From the NCBI GenBank assembly GCA_040905565.1, contig JBBDRF010000040.1, positions 16,942 through 35,889 of the forward strand: a stretch of DNA of 18,948 nucleotides, written 5' to 3'. Of this stretch, positions 16,777 to 18,948 are shown piece after piece. This stretch comes from Phycisphaeraceae bacterium. Lineage in GTDB: Bacteria; Planctomycetota; Phycisphaerae; Phycisphaerales; Zrk34. The notes under the pieces are model-generated. The model was not told the origin of the DNA, did not search any database, and was given only the letters and a program-made list of their open reading frames with translations. The first letter of the stretch is position 1. Every line of letters starts with the position of its first letter. A program made the translations under genes and the position numbers.

Positions 16777-17277
16777 ATGGTAGACATTTCGGAATCCGTC
16801 GACAGTGAAATGCTTCGCGACCTTTACGGGACCAGTTCCTCGTTTCGCGCGATTTTCGACCACTTCGCATCACGTCAGCGCGCGCTCACAAAGACCACGG
16901 TTGACCGCATTCAGCAAAACGTCATTGCCGAGGGGCATGACGACGTCACCCGGCGCGACGTGATAAGCTTCTATCGCGAAGTGGAAGCCGCCGGTTGCGG
17001 CCGGTTCGTCGTGGGACGGAAAGGACACGAGTCGCGGTTCGACTGGCATGTATCACTTGCTAGTGTGGGCCAGGTTGCCGCAGGCGAGACCGAGGAATTC
17101 GAAAGTGTAGACGAAATAGAAGGTGATGAAGCAAGCGAAGAAATGCTGTTGCGGCATCGCTTTCGCCTTCGGCCTGATCTCGAGCTTTCGCTGGACCTCC
17201 CTGCGAATTTGACGTCTGCCGAAGCCAATCGGTTGGCCGGTTTCCTTCAATCGTTGCCGTTTCAGCGTGACGAATAG
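16777..17277 (+). CDS. Hypothetical protein (166 aa), possible winged-helix domain plus small C-terminal domain
   Basis: Clean ORF after a promoter; VTRRDVISFYREVEAAGCGRFVVGRKGHESRFDW resembles a recognition helix plus wing; acidic linker; C-terminal HRFRLRPD..LDLPANLTSAEANRLAGFL. Confidence 0.7.
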   Translation: MVDISESVDSEMLRDLYGTSSSFRAIFDHFASRQRALTKTTVDRIQQNVIAEGHDDVTRRDVISFYREVEAAGCGRFVVGRKGHESRFDWHVSLASVGQVAAGETEEFESVDEIEGDEASEEMLLRHRFRLRPDLELSLDLPANLTSAEANRLAGFLQSLPFQRDE

Positions 17278-17286
17278 GGTCGTGAT

Positions 17287-17484
17287 ATGAAGCGGCGGGC
17301 GTTTGAGAAGCACCTGCGCGAGCACGGCTGTGAACTGGATCGTCATGGGGCGAACCATGACGTCTGGGTGAATGCGCGGACGGGGCTTGATTCGACGCTC
17401 CCGCGTCATCGGGAAGTGAAGCAGCCGATCGTGCGGGCGGTGTGTCGCCAGTTGGGGGTGCCGGTGCCGGGCAAAGCGTCGTGA
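17287..17484 (+). CDS. hicA: HicA family toxin (mRNA interferase, 65 aa)
   Basis: MKRR..L..HGC...RHGANHDVW.N......LPRH.EVK....RAVCRQLG, including the catalytic-position His. Confidence 0.88.
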   Translation: MKRRAFEKHLREHGCELDRHGANHDVWVNARTGLDSTLPRHREVKQPIVRAVCRQLGVPVPGKAS

Positions 17485-17490
17485 TGCAAC

Positions 17491-17718
17491 TCAGGCGGTG
17501 GCGCGGCGACGGCGGGTCGGGCTTGAACCGTCCCGTTTCTCGCGTGCAGATCGTAACGCTTTCATCGCATCGCGGGCGGCTGTGAAAGCTTCGGAGATAT
17601 CGTCTGCTTCGGTGATAAGGGCCGGATCCATGGGAGAGCGCACGAGGTAACTGCCTTCGCTCATGGGTTCGAGCGTGAGGACGAGCTTGCCATCGCTGAC
17701 GGTATATTGCTTAGCCAT
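17491..17718 (-). CDS. hicB: Short HicB-like antitoxin (partial RNase H fold, no obvious DNA-binding domain, 75 aa)
   Basis: LTLEPMSEGSYLVRSPMDPALITEADDISEAFTAARDAM fits the HicB pattern E.GY.v..P.lpg..T.g.t.eEA.....dA. SD GGAG; possible promoter TTGATC-N16-GATAAT at 17737-17764. Confidence 0.75.
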   Translation of the reverse strand: MAKQYTVSDGKLVLTLEPMSEGSYLVRSPMDPALITEADDISEAFTAARDAMKALRSAREKRDGSSPTRRRRATA

Positions 17719-17784
17719 TAACGTGTCTCCGCCTACATTATCGCTGGCGGATGGCGGCGATCAAGGGTTGTGGGGGCGAACCGC

Positions 17785-18948
17785 TCACGTGGTGGTCGTC
17801 AGGCGGACGGCGTTGCCGGTGCTGTATTCGGGGTAATAATCCTGCATGGCTTTGACGCCCCAGGTGCCGGCTCGGAGGGCGGCGATGGCGCGGGCGGCGG
17901 CGGCGGCGCCGGTCGGCGTCGTGATCGTCGGCACGTTGAAACGCACAGCTGCCGCGCGGAGCTTGCCTTCGTCGGTCGCCATGCCCTTGCGGGTCGGCGT
18001 GTTGATGATCAGCTGCAGCTCGCCGTTCTTGATCATGTCGACGGCGTTGGGCCGACCTTCGGAAATCTTGGCGATGGGTTTGACGGCCACGCCTCGCTCC
18101 TGAAGGTAGGTGTAGGTGCCGCCTGTTGAGTGGATGATGAAGCCCAGCTCGAGCAGCTGCTTGGCGACGGCGACGATCTGCGGTTTGTCCGAATCGCGCA
18201 CACTGAGGAAGATATCGCCCTCGGTCGGCAGCGACGAGCCGGCCGCCATCTGGCTCTTCGCGAAGGCGATGCCGAAGTCGGTGTCGATGCCCATGACTTC
18301 GCCGGTGGATCGCATTTCGGGGCCGAGGATGATGTCGACGCCGGGGAACTTGCTGAACGGGAAGACCGATTCCTTGACCGAAGTGTGCGGCGGCTGGAGG
18401 TTTTCCTCGACTTCAATCTGATCGAGCGGCAGGCCGGCCATCACCTTGGCCGCGACGCGCGCCCAGCTGATGCCGGTCGCTTTGCTGACGAAGGGCACGG
18501 TGCGGGAGGCGCGGGGGTTGACCTCGAGGACGTAGATTTCGTAGTCCTTCTGCGTTTCGCTGGGGCGGGTGATGGCGTACTGCACGTTCATCAGGCCACA
18601 GACGCGAAGCGCGCCGGCGAGGCGGCGGGATTGGCTGACCAGGCGCTCGATGACGTCCTGCGGCAGGGAATAAGGGGGGATGGCGCAGGCCGAGTCGCCG
18701 GAGTGGACGCCCGCTTCTTCGATGTGCTCCATGACGCCGCAGACCAGCGCGCGGGGCTGATCGGTGGATTCGCTGTAGTCGGCGACGACGTCGACATCGA
18801 CCTCGATGGCCTCGGCGAGGAACTGGTCGATGAGGACCGGCGCATCGGCGAGTTCGCTGACATCGACGGCACTGCGCATGTAGTGGAGCAGCTGATCTTC
18901 GCTGAAGCAGGTCTCCATGCCGCGGCCGCCGAGCACGTAGCTGGGCCG
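17785..18948 (-). CDS. carB: Carbamoyl-phosphate synthase large subunit, 3' part (truncated by window edge)
   Basis: RPSYVLGGRGM, MEHIEEAGVHSGDS, LEVNPRASRTVPFVSKATG, LGPEMRSTGEVMG and a C-terminal MGS domain. The frame is open to the window end. Confidence 0.98.
   Translation of the reverse strand, partial: RPSYVLGGRGMETCFSEDQLLHYMRSAVDVSELADAPVLIDQFLAEAIEVDVDVVADYSESTDQPRALVCGVMEHIEEAGVHSGDSACAIPPYSLPQDVIERLVSQSRRLAGALRVCGLMNVQYAITRPSETQKDYEIYVLEVNPRASRTVPFVSKATGISWARVAAKVMAGLPLDQIEVEENLQPPHTSVKESVFPFSKFPGVDIILGPEMRSTGEVMGIDTDFGIAFAKSQMAAGSSLPTEGDIFLSVRDSDKPQIVAVAKQLLELGFIIHSTGGTYTYLQERGVAVKPIAKISEGRPNAVDMIKNGELQLIINTPTRKGMATDEGKLRAAAVRFNVPTITTPTGAAAAARAIAALRAGTWGVKAMQDYYPEYSTGNAVRLTTTT

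Noticed and set aside
1..18948. CRISPR array, tRNA/rRNA, integrase or transposase
   Set aside because: No regularly spaced direct repeats, cloverleaf or rRNA signatures, or recombinase motifs were seen by eye.

Overview
GC-rich bacterial chromosomal window. Planctomycetota, probably Phycisphaerae, is my inference from the PTP-type PEP-CTERM tail, the secretin-N-domain-only protein, the DUF2959-like lipoprotein and the repeat types. Most genes are housekeeping or metabolic: Cof-type HAD hydrolase, MscS channel, groES-groEL preceded by an atypical receiver-domain gene, TrxB-like oxidoreductase, Zn-finger membrane protein, PPi-type phosphofructokinase, PEP-CTERM-like protein, a large secreted putative glycan-active protein, aldo/keto reductase, family 5 UDG, two envelope proteins and the 3' part of carB. 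The features most worth follow-up are outside standard annotation: (1) a 560-bp ORF-free interval with a cluster of DnaA-box-like 9-mers; (2) in the same interval, a near-consensus sigma70 promoter driving an ~80-nt terminated, apparently non-coding RNA; (3) a hicA-like toxin and hicB-like antitoxin arranged convergently, downstream of an uncharacterised gene with an AT-rich promoter; (4) four unrelated intergenic palindromic REP/REPIN-like elements; (5) a recurring TANNNT-N5-7-ATG leaderless architecture at 5-6 genes. No CRISPR, rRNA, tRNA or transposase was seen. All calls are from motif recognition by eye; no database search was run.
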